A stretch of 64,000 bases of DNA, from contig JBCCYL010000019.1 in NCBI GenBank assembly GCA_039189765.1, forward strand, positions 1-64,000, read 5' to 3'. The translations under genes were made by a program, and so were the position numbers. The notes below the pieces were generated by a model that saw only the letters and a program-made list of their open reading frames with translations, was not told where the DNA came from and ran no database searches. Below are positions 28,446-39,178 of the stretch, piece by piece. Within the stretch, counting starts at the first letter, position 1. Every line of letters begins with the position of its first letter. The stretch comes from Cyanobacteria bacterium P01_F01_bin.150. Its GTDB lineage: Bacteria; Cyanobacteriota; Cyanobacteriia; CAKZMO01.

Positions 28446-31400
28446 TTAAAACCGGAAATTAGACTCATTAAGATCATTTACATCTACAGACTCTAGCCTG
28501 GCAATGGTCTTAAATCTCTGTCCAGTCCAGCCTTTAACGATGGCATCATCCCCTCGTTGAATAAAGTTCAAGTTCTCCATTGATCCGATGGTCTGAATTC
28601 TCCGTAAATCAATAACGTCCTTAATCAGTTCAAAGTCAGTAATCACATCGCGAAATTCATTGGTGGAACGATATCGGAACGTGTCTTGACCTTGTCCCCC
28701 CGTCATCGTGTCTCGACCTCTGCCGCCAATAATCAGGTCATCCCCCGCACCACCATTGATGGTATCCCTGCTCTGCTGACCGTAGAGCCGATCATCTCCG
28801 TCACTGCCAATGATGACATCCCTGCCTCGACCACCAAATATACGGTCATCCCCATCACCACCATTGAGGTTGTCATTGCCAGAATTACCTCTAATTAGGT
28901 CGTTGCCACTACCACCATTAACCAGGTCATTTCCCTTTCCGCCAAAGAGACGGTCATCATTGGTACCGCCATTGATCACATCATTGCCCTCTGCCCCCCT
29001 AATCTCATCCTTCTGGCTACCACCATTTAGAACATCATTAGAACTGTCACCCAAAATAGCGTCAGGGTCGCTTAAACTCCTAATGGAACGAATTTGTTCC
29101 GGTGCAACAAGGGTAAAATTCGTGCGGATGGTCGCTGGATTGGAGATTAAGCCATCGTTGTCAGCCACAGTGTATTGGACCGCAGTGGGATTACCTTGAA
29201 AACCAGCTTCAGAGGTAAAAGTAATTAATCCAGTGGAAAGGTCAATATCCCACGTTCCCTCCCCAGGCACCGTCAGGGTCTTGCCGTCAGGCGTTAGGCT
29301 AGAGCCTTGGGGCACATTTACAAAAACGACGGTTGTGGGGTCTAGTGAACCATCCACATCCACATCATTGGTTAAGGGATCAATACTGCCTTGGCTGACA
29401 TTTGTCACCGTTAGGACATCATCACTGGCCGTCGGTGCAACTAACTGACCAGGAGTGAAGTAATTGATGCGAACGGTTGCTGCATTAGAAATAGCTCCTG
29501 TATTGTCCCGAACCGTATAGCCCACAGCCGTGGGATTGCCAGTAAATCCTGGAACAGGAGTAAAGGTGATTTCGCCTGTGGTTGAGTTAACGGTCCACGT
29601 TCCTTGACCAGGTACTGTTAGGCTCTTGCCATCAGAAGACACCGTGCTACCAGCCGGAGGATTGGTTAAAACCACGGTGGTTGGGTCTAAGCCACCATCA
29701 TCTGTATCATTCAGCAATGGATTAATGGTAACTGGGGTACCCGCAGGAGCCGTGGTTGTATCATCACCTGCGGTGGGAGGGATGATCGTTGCTTCATAGT
29801 CAATACTCACCGTGGCTGCACCAGATGTTGCCCCCTCCGTATCTTGAACGGTATAGGAAATGGGAGTGGGATCGCTGGTAAAGCCAGGAAAAGGAGTAAA
29901 AGTAATTGCGCCTGTGGTGGGGTTGACGCCCCAAATTCCTTGGTTAGGGACCGTCAAGCTCTTACCATCGGCAGACACTGTGCTGCCCGCAGGGGGATTG
30001 GTCAAAACAACGGTTGTGGGGTCTAAGCCAACATCATCTGTATCGTTTAGCAACGGGTTAATAGTGACTGGGGTACCCACAGGAGCCGTGGTTGTATCAT
30101 TGGTGGCAACAGGCGGTACGATAGCCCGATCAAGACTCCGGTAGTCGGCATCAAGAGCATTTGCATCGTTATTTTTAAGAACAGTGATTGGGGTATCAAC
30201 AATACCATCAGGGTCCACATAGGACGCTCCAACCCCATCGTCAATTCCATCCTTATTGCTATCCTGATTCTGAAGTGTTAAGCCGGATTCAGCAATATCA
30301 TTGAGGCCATCATTATCTGAATCGAGATCCAGGTAGTCTGGCTGATCAATTCCATCAGTATTTTCGGGCGGAACAAACTGTCCCCCAAAGATCGACCCAG
30401 CCGAGTCAAAGGCATCCAGGACACCATCCTGATCTAAGTCTGAATTTGCTGTGCCATTGCTGGTGTATCCCGCAGTGGGCTGAGCCTCAATTACATCCGG
30501 AATGCCATCATTATCAGCATCCAGATCGAGATAGTTTGGAATACCGTCCGCATCAAAGTCCGGAGCAATAGTGATAGTATTTGCCCCATCGACGGCATCT
30601 GCTAAGCCGTCTCCATCCAGATCACTGGGGTTAGGAGTCGTGGAAATCCCATTGGCGATATCATCGCGAATACCGTCATTGTTTTGGTCAATTAACGCGG
30701 CATTCTGACCGCTTTCAACCAAGTCACTAATGCCATCATTATCTGAATCGAGGTCTACACGGTTGGGAATCCCATCACCATCCGTATCAATAGACGTTTG
30801 CAGCGTGTTATTTCCGAAAATAAAGACTTTTCCGTCTGCAGCATCTGATCCATTCTGCTCAGGAATGACGCGAATAGACGAAATTGCCGACCCCACTGGA
30901 GCCAAATCATCAAGGGGGTAAACCGCAATCCCCAGTTCTTGAGTCCGGAGATTATTTCTACTATCACGATACTCAACATTAACGCCTGTTTTAATGTAGT
31001 CGCCAGTAGGAACGCTAATGGCAGCGGCAAGGGGATTGCCGTTCGCATCAAATGCCTGAAGCTGGACCGCATTGTTGGAGTTGCGCTCGGTAAAGGCAAC
31101 AAACATACCACTGGTTGCAATGACGGGAATGTCATACCCTAACTCAAAGAAGTCAGAGCCTGAAACTCCTGTGTCAATACCTTGATAATAGTTCAAGTCT
31201 CGGCTGGCAAAGGGCGCAATGGCATCTGCATTCCAGTTGGCAGAAGAGCCAAAGTCAGTTTCTTGGTCGCCGTTATTGATCACATAAATGCCGCTAGCAT
31301 TTGCAGCTGAAATAGTTGTAAAGCCAGACTGATAGGAACTAGGGGTGGTTAACTCGGTGTAAGTGATGCCTTCAACGGAGATTGAATTTAGAACAGTTCC

Positions 31401-32117
31401 AGTCACCCCAAAGTCGACGACTGCATCCGCATAAGCGCCGTCCTGGCCGCTATCGGTGGGTGCCGGTCCCTCTAGTTCATCTGGGATCCCATCATTGTCA
31501 TCGTCTAAATCAACATCATCGTCGATCCCGTCGCCATCTGTATCCACTAAAACGCCAGCATAGGTGGCCAAAATCTCTTCTGAGAAAGGCACTAGATCGT
31601 TACCAATGGCCAAAGCCTGACCGTCATTGTTTGGAGCAGAGTAGGCGATCGCATTAAGCTCCCAGCTACCCCCAAGGTCTGCATTGCCGACTTTCGAGGT
31701 AGAACCATAAATAGCAGCACCGGTAAGCTGATGGAGTTTCGATAAAAGTTCTTCTCCTGCATCCCCAGCCGCTGCATTACAAGCATAGAGATATAGATGG
31801 GAGGTTGAAGCTCTATGGCTAAACCAAGATTGAATTTGCGGCCCATACTGTTCCAAGTGACTAAGACTTAGCTGAGTATTTCCCAGGGATACCCAGCCTG
31901 GTGAACCGTGGGCCACAATATGTAGGTCTAAGGACTGAGCATATCCTTCATACCCTGCCAATACCTCGGTAATTTGTTGAATGCCATCCTGATGTGGCTT
32001 AAGAATATGAACTTGTACATGGGGTAAGACATTGACCTCAAGCTGCTCATAATTTTCAACGGATGCATCAATAAATACAATAGAGGTTGTCAGATCTGTG
32101 GAGTTCAACATGAACAA
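28446..32117 (-). CDS. Large secreted adhesin-like protein: DUF4347, Asp-rich Ca-binding repeats, three CshA/Ig-like repeats, RTX nonapeptides
   Basis: LHIVAHGSPG/LYACN (DUF4347); DTDGDGI..DLDSDNDGI; PTA.DD...PLLND...GTW repeats; GGxGND repeats. Confidence 0.88.
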   Translation of the reverse strand: MFMLNSTDLTTSIVFIDASVENYEQLEVNVLPHVQVHILKPHQDGIQQITEVLAGYEGYAQSLDLHIVAHGSPGWVSLGNTQLSLSHLEQYGPQIQSWFSHRASTSHLYLYACNAAAGDAGEELLSKLHQLTGAAIYGSTSKVGNADLGGSWELNAIAYSAPNNDGQALAIGNDLVPFSEEILATYAGVLVDTDGDGIDDDVDLDDDNDGIPDELEGPAPTDSGQDGAYADAVVDFGVTGTVLNSISVEGITYTELTTPSSYQSGFTTISAANASGIYVINNGDQETDFGSSANWNADAIAPFASRDLNYYQGIDTGVSGSDFFELGYDIPVIATSGMFVAFTERNSNNAVQLQAFDANGNPLAAAISVPTGDYIKTGVNVEYRDSRNNLRTQELGIAVYPLDDLAPVGSAISSIRVIPEQNGSDAADGKVFIFGNNTLQTSIDTDGDGIPNRVDLDSDNDGISDLVESGQNAALIDQNNDGIRDDIANGISTTPNPSDLDGDGLADAVDGANTITIAPDFDADGIPNYLDLDADNDGIPDVIEAQPTAGYTSNGTANSDLDQDGVLDAFDSAGSIFGGQFVPPENTDGIDQPDYLDLDSDNDGLNDIAESGLTLQNQDSNKDGIDDGVGASYVDPDGIVDTPITVLKNNDANALDADYRSLDRAIVPPVATNDTTTAPVGTPVTINPLLNDTDDVGLDPTTVVLTNPPAGSTVSADGKSLTVPNQGIWGVNPTTGAITFTPFPGFTSDPTPISYTVQDTEGATSGAATVSIDYEATIIPPTAGDDTTTAPAGTPVTINPLLNDTDDGGLDPTTVVLTNPPAGSTVSSDGKSLTVPGQGTWTVNSTTGEITFTPVPGFTGNPTAVGYTVRDNTGAISNAATVRINYFTPGQLVAPTASDDVLTVTNVSQGSIDPLTNDVDVDGSLDPTTVVFVNVPQGSSLTPDGKTLTVPGEGTWDIDLSTGLITFTSEAGFQGNPTAVQYTVADNDGLISNPATIRTNFTLVAPEQIRSIRSLSDPDAILGDSSNDVLNGGSQKDEIRGAEGNDVINGGTNDDRLFGGKGNDLVNGGSGNDLIRGNSGNDNLNGGDGDDRIFGGRGRDVIIGSDGDDRLYGQQSRDTINGGAGDDLIIGGRGRDTMTGGQGQDTFRYRSTNEFRDVITDFELIKDVIDLRRIQTIGSMENLNFIQRGDDAIVKGWTGQRFKTIARLESVDVNDLNESNFRF

Positions 32118-32759
32118 TACTTCCTTACTTATAATATATCGGTATCAAATATGAACAGGGATATAGTCCTACGCTGAGTGGCTAAATTTAGAATGGCGAT
32201 CGCGCTAATTCTGAGCGCATGAGAAGACCTCAGGGTTATCACCATGTAGTGATTTCTAGCAATCAATAGCCAATCAGCACTTTTACTGTGAAAAATAATG
32301 ATAGTTAGGTAAAATTCGTGTTAACTTGCACCCCTACACAGCCGATAATACTGAAAAACACGGATGAATTCACGTGCAAAAAGATACCTTTACTGTTTAT
32401 TGATACTGAGAATGATTCAGTTCATCTTGCGTTCACATCACCTCATTGAAAGTACCTAAAGGCACTCCGCATCAATGACTGAATATGAGGGATTAACTCT
32501 AGGCTCGTATGGGCAGGACGCTCTCACGCAACTGTTAATTCTGTTTCGGATGCAAACGAAGCTCCAAAATAAGCACCATACGTAAAAGCGATCGCCTCTA
32601 CTGCATTGGGGCGATCGCTAGACTTAAAAAATTGACTGTTTCCACGATTTAAGAATTAAGATCTCATAAGGAAATCGTAGAAAATTCTTGAAATCCATTC
32701 TAAAATCTAGACTATAAACTTATGCTCTTAATATAAGATACGTCCAAAAAGGAGAAGAT

Positions 32760-32927
32760 ATGGCTCAGGTTACTGTCAATCAAGAGGAAAGCATAGAGGC
32801 TGCGTTGCGCCGTTTCAAGCGACAGGTTTCAAAGGCTGGAATTTTTTCTGACCTCAAGCGTACAAGACATTATGAAACGCCTGCTGAAAAGCGCAAGCGT
32901 AAAGCAACAAGCCGCCGAAGACGGTAA
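32760..32927 (+). CDS. rpsU: 30S ribosomal protein S21 (55 aa, absent from ORF track)
   Basis: Hand translation [64 protein letters not shown]. Confidence 0.95.
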   Translation: MAQVTVNQEESIEAALRRFKRQVSKAGIFSDLKRTRHYETPAEKRKRKATSRRRR

Positions 32928-33044
32928 GGTTCTTTTTTTGCTTGCCTAATCTGTACTTAGCCATAATTTGTGTTTCATATCGATCGTTAATTCGGCGAAT
33001 CGTCTTAGTCGAGTGGTGGGAGGGCTTTGCTCTCCTACCGTTCT

Positions 33045-36000
33045 TTAAGGTGTACTTTGAGAAAGCGGAGCTACAGTTCCTAAATCTGTCAGGAACTGCA
33101 AAGCTTTTGCCGTATATTGAGCACAAGTCCGGGGAGACATTTCATAGAACGCTTGCCACGCATTAGCTTTTTCCTCATGGTATCTGTGATCGTGGCCGGT
33201 ATGCCGATCCAGCCACGATAAACGAACCGCGTGGCCAACAAGGACATCAAAAACGATGTTATCGTCTAGATGCAAATCTGGATTTTGCTTGACCAAAGCC
33301 GCAACCTCGGCCAAAGCTTCTACGGTAAGCTGACGATATTCAGGCGCTTGAATTTTATTCAACAAGTGCTCTACCCTTAGGGCAAAATCTTTCTCCTCAG
33401 GAGTTGTATCAGACAGCATCAGTTGGCTATCCAATCGGTTTCGTCGTTCCAATTTATCTCCAATCACCACCCCTTTGCAGTGATGTAAAAGTTGCCAAAC
33501 GTTGGGGTAAAAATCTTTAGGCACCATATTTAACGCGCCGTCTCGCTGACGTTGCTTGCGCCAGCTCCCACCAACAGGCTCCAGTTCCTCGTCAGTCTTC
33601 GCAGCAATGGACTCAGGCAGAATCTGCCATTGGATTCCCACTGGTTGATCCCCCTGGTTGCGCAGATGCAAAGACTCACGCTTAAAGAGGGTTTGATTAA
33701 ATCCTCCATAACCTTCTAGCACTTGCAGGAGGCGAGATTTAACATCAAAAGGGCTAAGCCGCATTAGCGTCTCGTAAGCTTCATCTTGGGACAACTCTTG
33801 CTCTTCAGCGATCGCACTGGTAATCAACAAAATCAGATAGCCCACCCGCAGCGTTAGGAGTCCATCAAACAATGCTGGATTTGTTTTAATCAGAACGCTG
33901 AGGTAAATTAACAGCTCTTGAGTGAGGGGGCGATCGCGCACATCCTCTCCACAAAATTCTTTGATTTTTTCCATCACCACTTCATGGGATGTGGGTTCAG
34001 TAATGAGCGATGCTTGAGAATAGGATTTACCCACTGAAATTTGCTTTTGTCGGATGACAATATCGGTCACCGCATCAGACAGGGCAATATCCACTTTTTC
34101 TAAAACCCCCGCAGCCCGGCGAATAATCGCCCAGAGTTCCCATTGGGCGGCCTGCTCATAGACTTCATTCAGTAGTGTCCGGAGCGTTACCATCGAATGG
34201 GGACCGTTAAGTTTGGTATCAAAGCTCAAACCCTTCAGGCGGACCAAATTTTCAAGCACCTCAATATGTTCGTAGAGGTTAGTGGACTGACGTAGGATTC
34301 GAATCAGCTGCATTTCATCTGTTTCACGTTCCAGAAAAAATTCCTGATGTTGGCTGAGGGGAACAGAGCGGCTGCGATCGCAGTGCAAATAGATCCTCCT
34401 TCGAGACGCCTGCGGCATTGCCTCCGATGCCAACTGCACGTCATCGGCCAAGGCAATGCGCTCTGTTTTCGCCGTTAAGACAAGTTGATGCAGCGCTCCC
34501 AATCGTACAGGCGTTCCCTCACAGTCACCATCCCGTAGCTGCTTCATCAAGCCCAGCACCGGAGAATCCTCTATCTTTTCCGCATGGCCCATTTCAAACA
34601 TCCCCTGGGTCAACAGTAGAGTGACGGTGGGACGTCCCAAGCTGTGCCAATGACGGTAAATATAGGCTAGTTCTCCTTTAATCTGAGCCACTAAGAAGTG
34701 ATAATCTAAGGTCAGATAAAACTGTTGAGCATCCAAAAATGCGGGTAAAAAAACCACCCGTTCCCCTCGAATTTGAAAAAAACGAGATGTGGTCAAACTA
34801 CGCAGTCGTCGCTCTGGTCGCCCTGTCAGTTTCAATGCATGATTTTCGCCAATCTTGGTGTAAAGCGCTGACAGTTTATTAGCAGAACGGATTTGAACGG
34901 ATTCCAACTGTTGTGGAGTTTGAGTCGCAATGCCGTAGCAAGCCAACTCGGCCTGTAGGTCTTCGTTTTCCGCCAGAAGTGCAACTTGCACAATAGGACG
35001 ACGACGCTGGCCCAAGCGCTGATGCTGGCCCAGCGGATCAATATCACCGATAGAAATTAGTTCATCCTGGAGCATCCGACCCAATAAATACAAGCTTTGG
35101 GCCCAGACCAGCGGCACGTTCTCATTCGGTAAGCGCGCCTGGCTCGAAGGGTCCTCACGCTCTGCATCAATACACTGCTTCGGAACGTAGTAAAGTTCGG
35201 GCAACAGCCCAAACTCCCCGTCTTTCACCAATAGATGGTCTAAGCGAGTTCGATAGGATTGTGCCGCAGCGCGATCGCCCCTAAAAATGGCATCCAATAA
35301 CAGGTACGTAAAAAATAGAGGCCATTCACACTCAATATGCTCAAACTGCTGTAGCTCACCAGGCTCATAATGCAAACGACTAATATCTTCAATTACCGTT
35401 TGGTGACCATCTCGCAAAAATCGTTTACATCCATAGCGCCCCTGCAGCTTGGTGATAATTTTTTCTCGGGTTTTCTCCGCCACTGTTGGATCGTCTACAG
35501 CAAACGCTGGAAAGCCAATAATGCTTAATAGTGCCCCATCCACCTCTTTAGACCCCGACTCCCGAGGCAGAAGGGATTCAAGTGTAATTCTGGCCCGAGC
35601 AATTTCGTCCGGCAGCACATAGATAACTGAAGCAGGCCCACCTCGCATCCCAAATAAATTTAGGCCACTCATCGCTTCCAATGCCGCCTTCGCCATTCCT
35701 ACAGAGCTGGCATTCAGTTCTGGCTTGCCGTGGTTGGTCTTATTGCCTCGTTCCCAGATACCATAGTCGGGAGTTCGATAGGTGCGCCCAATGTAGTACA
35801 CCAGATTCTGAACAAAATCCACTTCATCCAAGGTTTGGATAATGGCCAACCCAGACGTCGTCATTTGGGCCAGCATCAGTAGAAAAAGAGACGTAGCATC
35901 CAACTGTAAGTGGCCCCACTCCGCATCCCCTACCACTGGTTCGCCCGTTTGAGAATGATATTTGGCATGGAGGGCGTCCAGAGGGGCTTGAGTCTCCTTA

Positions 36001-36440
36001 AATTGCTCAACTTTAGACGCTTGCCGCATCATGGCCACCAACAAACCTCGCATCAGCTTAATTACGCTATGCTCCAGCTCGTAGGCTCGTCCCCGATTGC
36101 CTTCATCTACTTTGCGATAGGCTAATGCCAAGCCCCACACTGCTAAAATGCTGTACACGTTATCTCTCACCCAGGCATCCGTGTAGTCCCCATGCACTGT
36201 AATAGCCGTACTGGCTGGTAGTAGTCCTACAATTGGCGTTTGACGGGACAGAATAAGATGCCTTACTTCTTGATAATAGGCATCCAGGATTGTCTCTGTA
36301 TCTCCGCTTTGACTTAAGCGATCAGTGTGAAGAGGATTTAGAACTGTACTGCTTGCCGTAGGTTTCTTAGAAGTTGGCACTGGGTCAGAGGAGTGGGTCA
36401 TAGCATCATGATTGACAACTGATGAGGGCTGCACCTGCAA
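33045..36440 (-). CDS. GH15-like / phosphorylase kinase alpha-beta-like protein
   Basis: AWVRDNVYS, WGHLQLDA, PDYGIWERGNK, ECEWPLF; true start may be slightly downstream. Confidence 0.88.
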   Translation of the reverse strand: MQVQPSSVVNHDAMTHSSDPVPTSKKPTASSTVLNPLHTDRLSQSGDTETILDAYYQEVRHLILSRQTPIVGLLPASTAITVHGDYTDAWVRDNVYSILAVWGLALAYRKVDEGNRGRAYELEHSVIKLMRGLLVAMMRQASKVEQFKETQAPLDALHAKYHSQTGEPVVGDAEWGHLQLDATSLFLLMLAQMTTSGLAIIQTLDEVDFVQNLVYYIGRTYRTPDYGIWERGNKTNHGKPELNASSVGMAKAALEAMSGLNLFGMRGGPASVIYVLPDEIARARITLESLLPRESGSKEVDGALLSIIGFPAFAVDDPTVAEKTREKIITKLQGRYGCKRFLRDGHQTVIEDISRLHYEPGELQQFEHIECEWPLFFTYLLLDAIFRGDRAAAQSYRTRLDHLLVKDGEFGLLPELYYVPKQCIDAEREDPSSQARLPNENVPLVWAQSLYLLGRMLQDELISIGDIDPLGQHQRLGQRRRPIVQVALLAENEDLQAELACYGIATQTPQQLESVQIRSANKLSALYTKIGENHALKLTGRPERRLRSLTTSRFFQIRGERVVFLPAFLDAQQFYLTLDYHFLVAQIKGELAYIYRHWHSLGRPTVTLLLTQGMFEMGHAEKIEDSPVLGLMKQLRDGDCEGTPVRLGALHQLVLTAKTERIALADDVQLASEAMPQASRRRIYLHCDRSRSVPLSQHQEFFLERETDEMQLIRILRQSTNLYEHIEVLENLVRLKGLSFDTKLNGPHSMVTLRTLLNEVYEQAAQWELWAIIRRAAGVLEKVDIALSDAVTDIVIRQKQISVGKSYSQASLITEPTSHEVVMEKIKEFCGEDVRDRPLTQELLIYLSVLIKTNPALFDGLLTLRVGYLILLITSAIAEEQELSQDEAYETLMRLSPFDVKSRLLQVLEGYGGFNQTLFKRESLHLRNQGDQPVGIQWQILPESIAAKTDEELEPVGGSWRKQRQRDGALNMVPKDFYPNVWQLLHHCKGVVIGDKLERRNRLDSQLMLSDTTPEEKDFALRVEHLLNKIQAPEYRQLTVEALAEVAALVKQNPDLHLDDNIVFDVLVGHAVRLSWLDRHTGHDHRYHEEKANAWQAFYEMSPRTCAQYTAKALQFLTDLGTVAPLSQSTP

Positions 36441-36684
36441 GCCCTGACCTATAGTAACCTGTCATGAAAACGGTCTCGTATTCCAAAGAGGCCAATTGGG
36501 TATCCACTTTAGGCGGCTGGAGTGGGTGCGTCGCGCCTACACCACTGTTAATTCTGTTTCGCATTAAAACGAAACCCTCTCAATTTTATGCGAGTGAGTG
36601 TTTCGCATTAAAACGAAACCCGGTATCCTGTTGAGGAAAGAACGTCCTTAGAAATGTTTATTTATCGTGTCTCATAACAAATAA

Positions 36685-37464
36685 TTGGGTTTAGTAATGG
36701 TTCAGATGAAGGATCAATCAGCAGGTGTTTCTCTTATCCAGCCTCCACAACCCACACATGCGGTGCTGGGATTACCATTGCATATTTTGGGCAACTATAC
36801 CCAATGGCTATCGGACTGCATTACCCAGAAACTAGGAGTACATGTCGTCACCCTAAATGCAGAAATGGCAATGCAAGCAGATCAAGAGAGGGCTTTAGCT
36901 GATGTCATTCACAAAGCAGAAATGGTGGTGCCAGACGGAGCAGGCGTTGTCCTTTACCAGCGTTTGCGCGGACACAAAATTCAGCGATGTCCTGGAATTG
37001 AGCTGGCAGAGTCAGTGATTCGTGCCAGCAGCACAATAGGTGCGTCAACACCTCTGTTCTTCTTTGGTGGTGCACCAGGCATTGCAGAAGCGGCGGCGGC
37101 AAAATGGCGTAAGGAACTACCTGCAATAGCGATCGCGGGCATCCAACATGGTTTTATTTCTGACGATGAAGAAGCATTGTTTTGTCAACAATTGCAAGAC
37201 GCTAATCCAGCAGTCATTCTGGTAGGGCTAGGCGTCCCTCGCCAGGAATTCTGGATTGCTAAACATCGATATCTGTGCCCAAATGCAGTCTGGATGGGAG
37301 TAGGGGGCAGTTTTGATGTATGGGCCGGAACCAAAAATCGCGCCCCTAAGTTTTTACGAGAGAACTCTTTGGAGTGGACCTACCGACTGTACAAGGAGCC
37401 TTGGCGCTGGCGACGGATGTTGGCCTTACCCAAATTTGTGTGGCGAGCAATCTGGGAACGCTAA
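36685..37464 (+). CDS. WecB/TagA/CpsF glycosyltransferase
   Basis: VVTLNAE, PDGAG, GLGVPRQE, GVGGSFD, EWTYRL. Confidence 0.92.
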   Translation: MGLVMVQMKDQSAGVSLIQPPQPTHAVLGLPLHILGNYTQWLSDCITQKLGVHVVTLNAEMAMQADQERALADVIHKAEMVVPDGAGVVLYQRLRGHKIQRCPGIELAESVIRASSTIGASTPLFFFGGAPGIAEAAAAKWRKELPAIAIAGIQHGFISDDEEALFCQQLQDANPAVILVGLGVPRQEFWIAKHRYLCPNAVWMGVGGSFDVWAGTKNRAPKFLRENSLEWTYRLYKEPWRWRRMLALPKFVWRAIWER

Positions 37465-37588
37465 GGGACTTGCGAGAAAATAACATACCAATTTCGCGTA
37501 GGATGGGCAATACGAACGGGGGCAAATCAGCTAAACATTTCTATGGGCACGTCCTATTGTCCTTTGCCCATCCTACTTTCCTAGCTAA

Positions 37589-38230
37589 TTAAAGCGGCTT
37601 GACTTTGACCCTTTGCACTAAAGCACCTTCATGCCAGTATCCAGGATTGCTGACTCTGACCAAATCGCCAGGGTTGGCCTGTCCTTCCAAAAGCTGATGT
37701 TGTTTAGGATCATAGGGCAATTCAGCTCCAACAGAAGCAATGACTTCCACTCCCCACTGCTTTAACAGCAGCTCCACCGGGCGAACCAGAGGGATAAGAC
37801 GAGTCGCTGGCAAATTAGCATTGGATTGAGCAGCATGGGTAGCCGCAGGCCAGTAGGTCATCCACGATTCCAGAACCTGTAAGCTAGTTCGCTGAAAGCT
37901 ATGCTTGAGGCTAGCCTCTTGACTTTCTAGCTGGTCTTTGAGCCGCTTATATTCCAATTGAAGATTGGTTTGTTGCGGAGGCAATGCCTTTTTAGCTTCG
38001 TTAGCCTCAACGAGGGACATTCCTGAACACTTATCAGTCAAGGTTTCAACCGAAATATTAAGCGCCTTGCTAATGCGTAGAAGTGTGCCTAATCGAAGTT
38101 GAAGAATACGACCTTGGCGAATTTGATGAATATACCAGGAAGAAACGTTGGCTTGTTGTGCCAGCACGTGAAAGCTAGGGATGTTGGCCTGTGCCATGAG
38201 CGATCGCAGTTCTTGAGTGTAATTCGCCAT
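37589..38230 (-). CDS. XRE-type HTH / GrpE-like protein
   Basis: N-terminal HTH-like segment, coiled coil, YDPKQHQ...PGY...VKV GrpE-like C-terminus. Confidence 0.7.
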   Translation of the reverse strand: MANYTQELRSLMAQANIPSFHVLAQQANVSSWYIHQIRQGRILQLRLGTLLRISKALNISVETLTDKCSGMSLVEANEAKKALPPQQTNLQLEYKRLKDQLESQEASLKHSFQRTSLQVLESWMTYWPAATHAAQSNANLPATRLIPLVRPVELLLKQWGVEVIASVGAELPYDPKQHQLLEGQANPGDLVRVSNPGYWHEGALVQRVKVKPL

Positions 38231-38390
38231 GACAACCTATGAGTCCTCCAATCCAGATTTACTGTGACAATTCCCTATGACAATGCTCTGTGACAATTAA
38301 CCATGGCAGTGGCAGCACTAAACGCATAGAATGATGCCTGGCCCGCAGCCACCCATTCATCATAAACTGTCAGATACCCAATGGGCGGGC

Positions 38391-38651
38391 CTATGCCAAA
38401 TGCATTTTAAGAACCGCTTTGGGCGCACGACGGATGCGGCAGCGGATCGTTTCATGCCCCAGTCGGCTGCAGGCTTCATAACGATGACATCCTGAAAAGC
38501 CATAAAATCGGCCTTCTACTTCCAAAACATCAATCGGTTCCTGAAGTCCAATGTCCTGAATCGAAGCCATTAACTGTTTGACCTTATCAGGATTATTCTG
38601 ACGGTACAAAGGCCGGTGAATAGAGTTTAGGGGAAGATTTTCAATTCTCAT
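38391..38651 (-). CDS. srxA: Sulfiredoxin (ParB/Srx fold)
   Basis: PIDVL..FSGCHRYEA motif. Confidence 0.88.
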   Translation of the reverse strand: MRIENLPLNSIHRPLYRQNNPDKVKQLMASIQDIGLQEPIDVLEVEGRFYGFSGCHRYEACSRLGHETIRCRIRRAPKAVLKMHLA

Positions 38652-39178
38652 TAGATTTATTCAAACGATCGTTACAGATGGACTTAAAAGCGATCAACTT
38701 TAGGCAGGCAGCGTAGGCACGTCGTGCCCATCTTACCGTTACTTTATTTCACCTTAAAACGAAATCTGACTGTCAAATCTAAAGCGGCATATTAGTCGTG
38801 AAGACCAACATACCGCGAATTACAGCCTAAATTAAAAAGAGAGAGAAGGGGAAACGAGTCTCGAACGATGCGCTGTTTGTTTTAGAAGGGAAAAACGAAC
38901 TGTGTACTTTGAGCTGACAAGAAAATTAGCTAACCAATGTCCTAGGAAAAATGCCTTAGGCAAGAAAGGAGGCTCTTCTATCAGATAAATCAGGAACTTC
39001 AGCACGACTGGCAGAAATCGATAATCAGGAACTTCAGCACGACTGGCAGAAGGAGTGTTGCACAGTTCCCGTTAGCCTGGTTCATGGTCTATCCTCTAAA
39101 TTATTTGCAGTAACTTTGAGGTCAACCATCAACCGGGCTAGGGGAAACTTTAGGGAAAGAATCGACGTGGAGAGAATC

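Noticed and set aside
36556..36621. CRISPR repeat pair
   Set aside because: Two copies only, with single related copies dispersed elsewhere; treated as a dispersed palindrome
38989..39051. CRISPR mini-array
   Set aside because: Only two 28-bp copies separated by 7 bp; no spacer-sized gap and no cas genes
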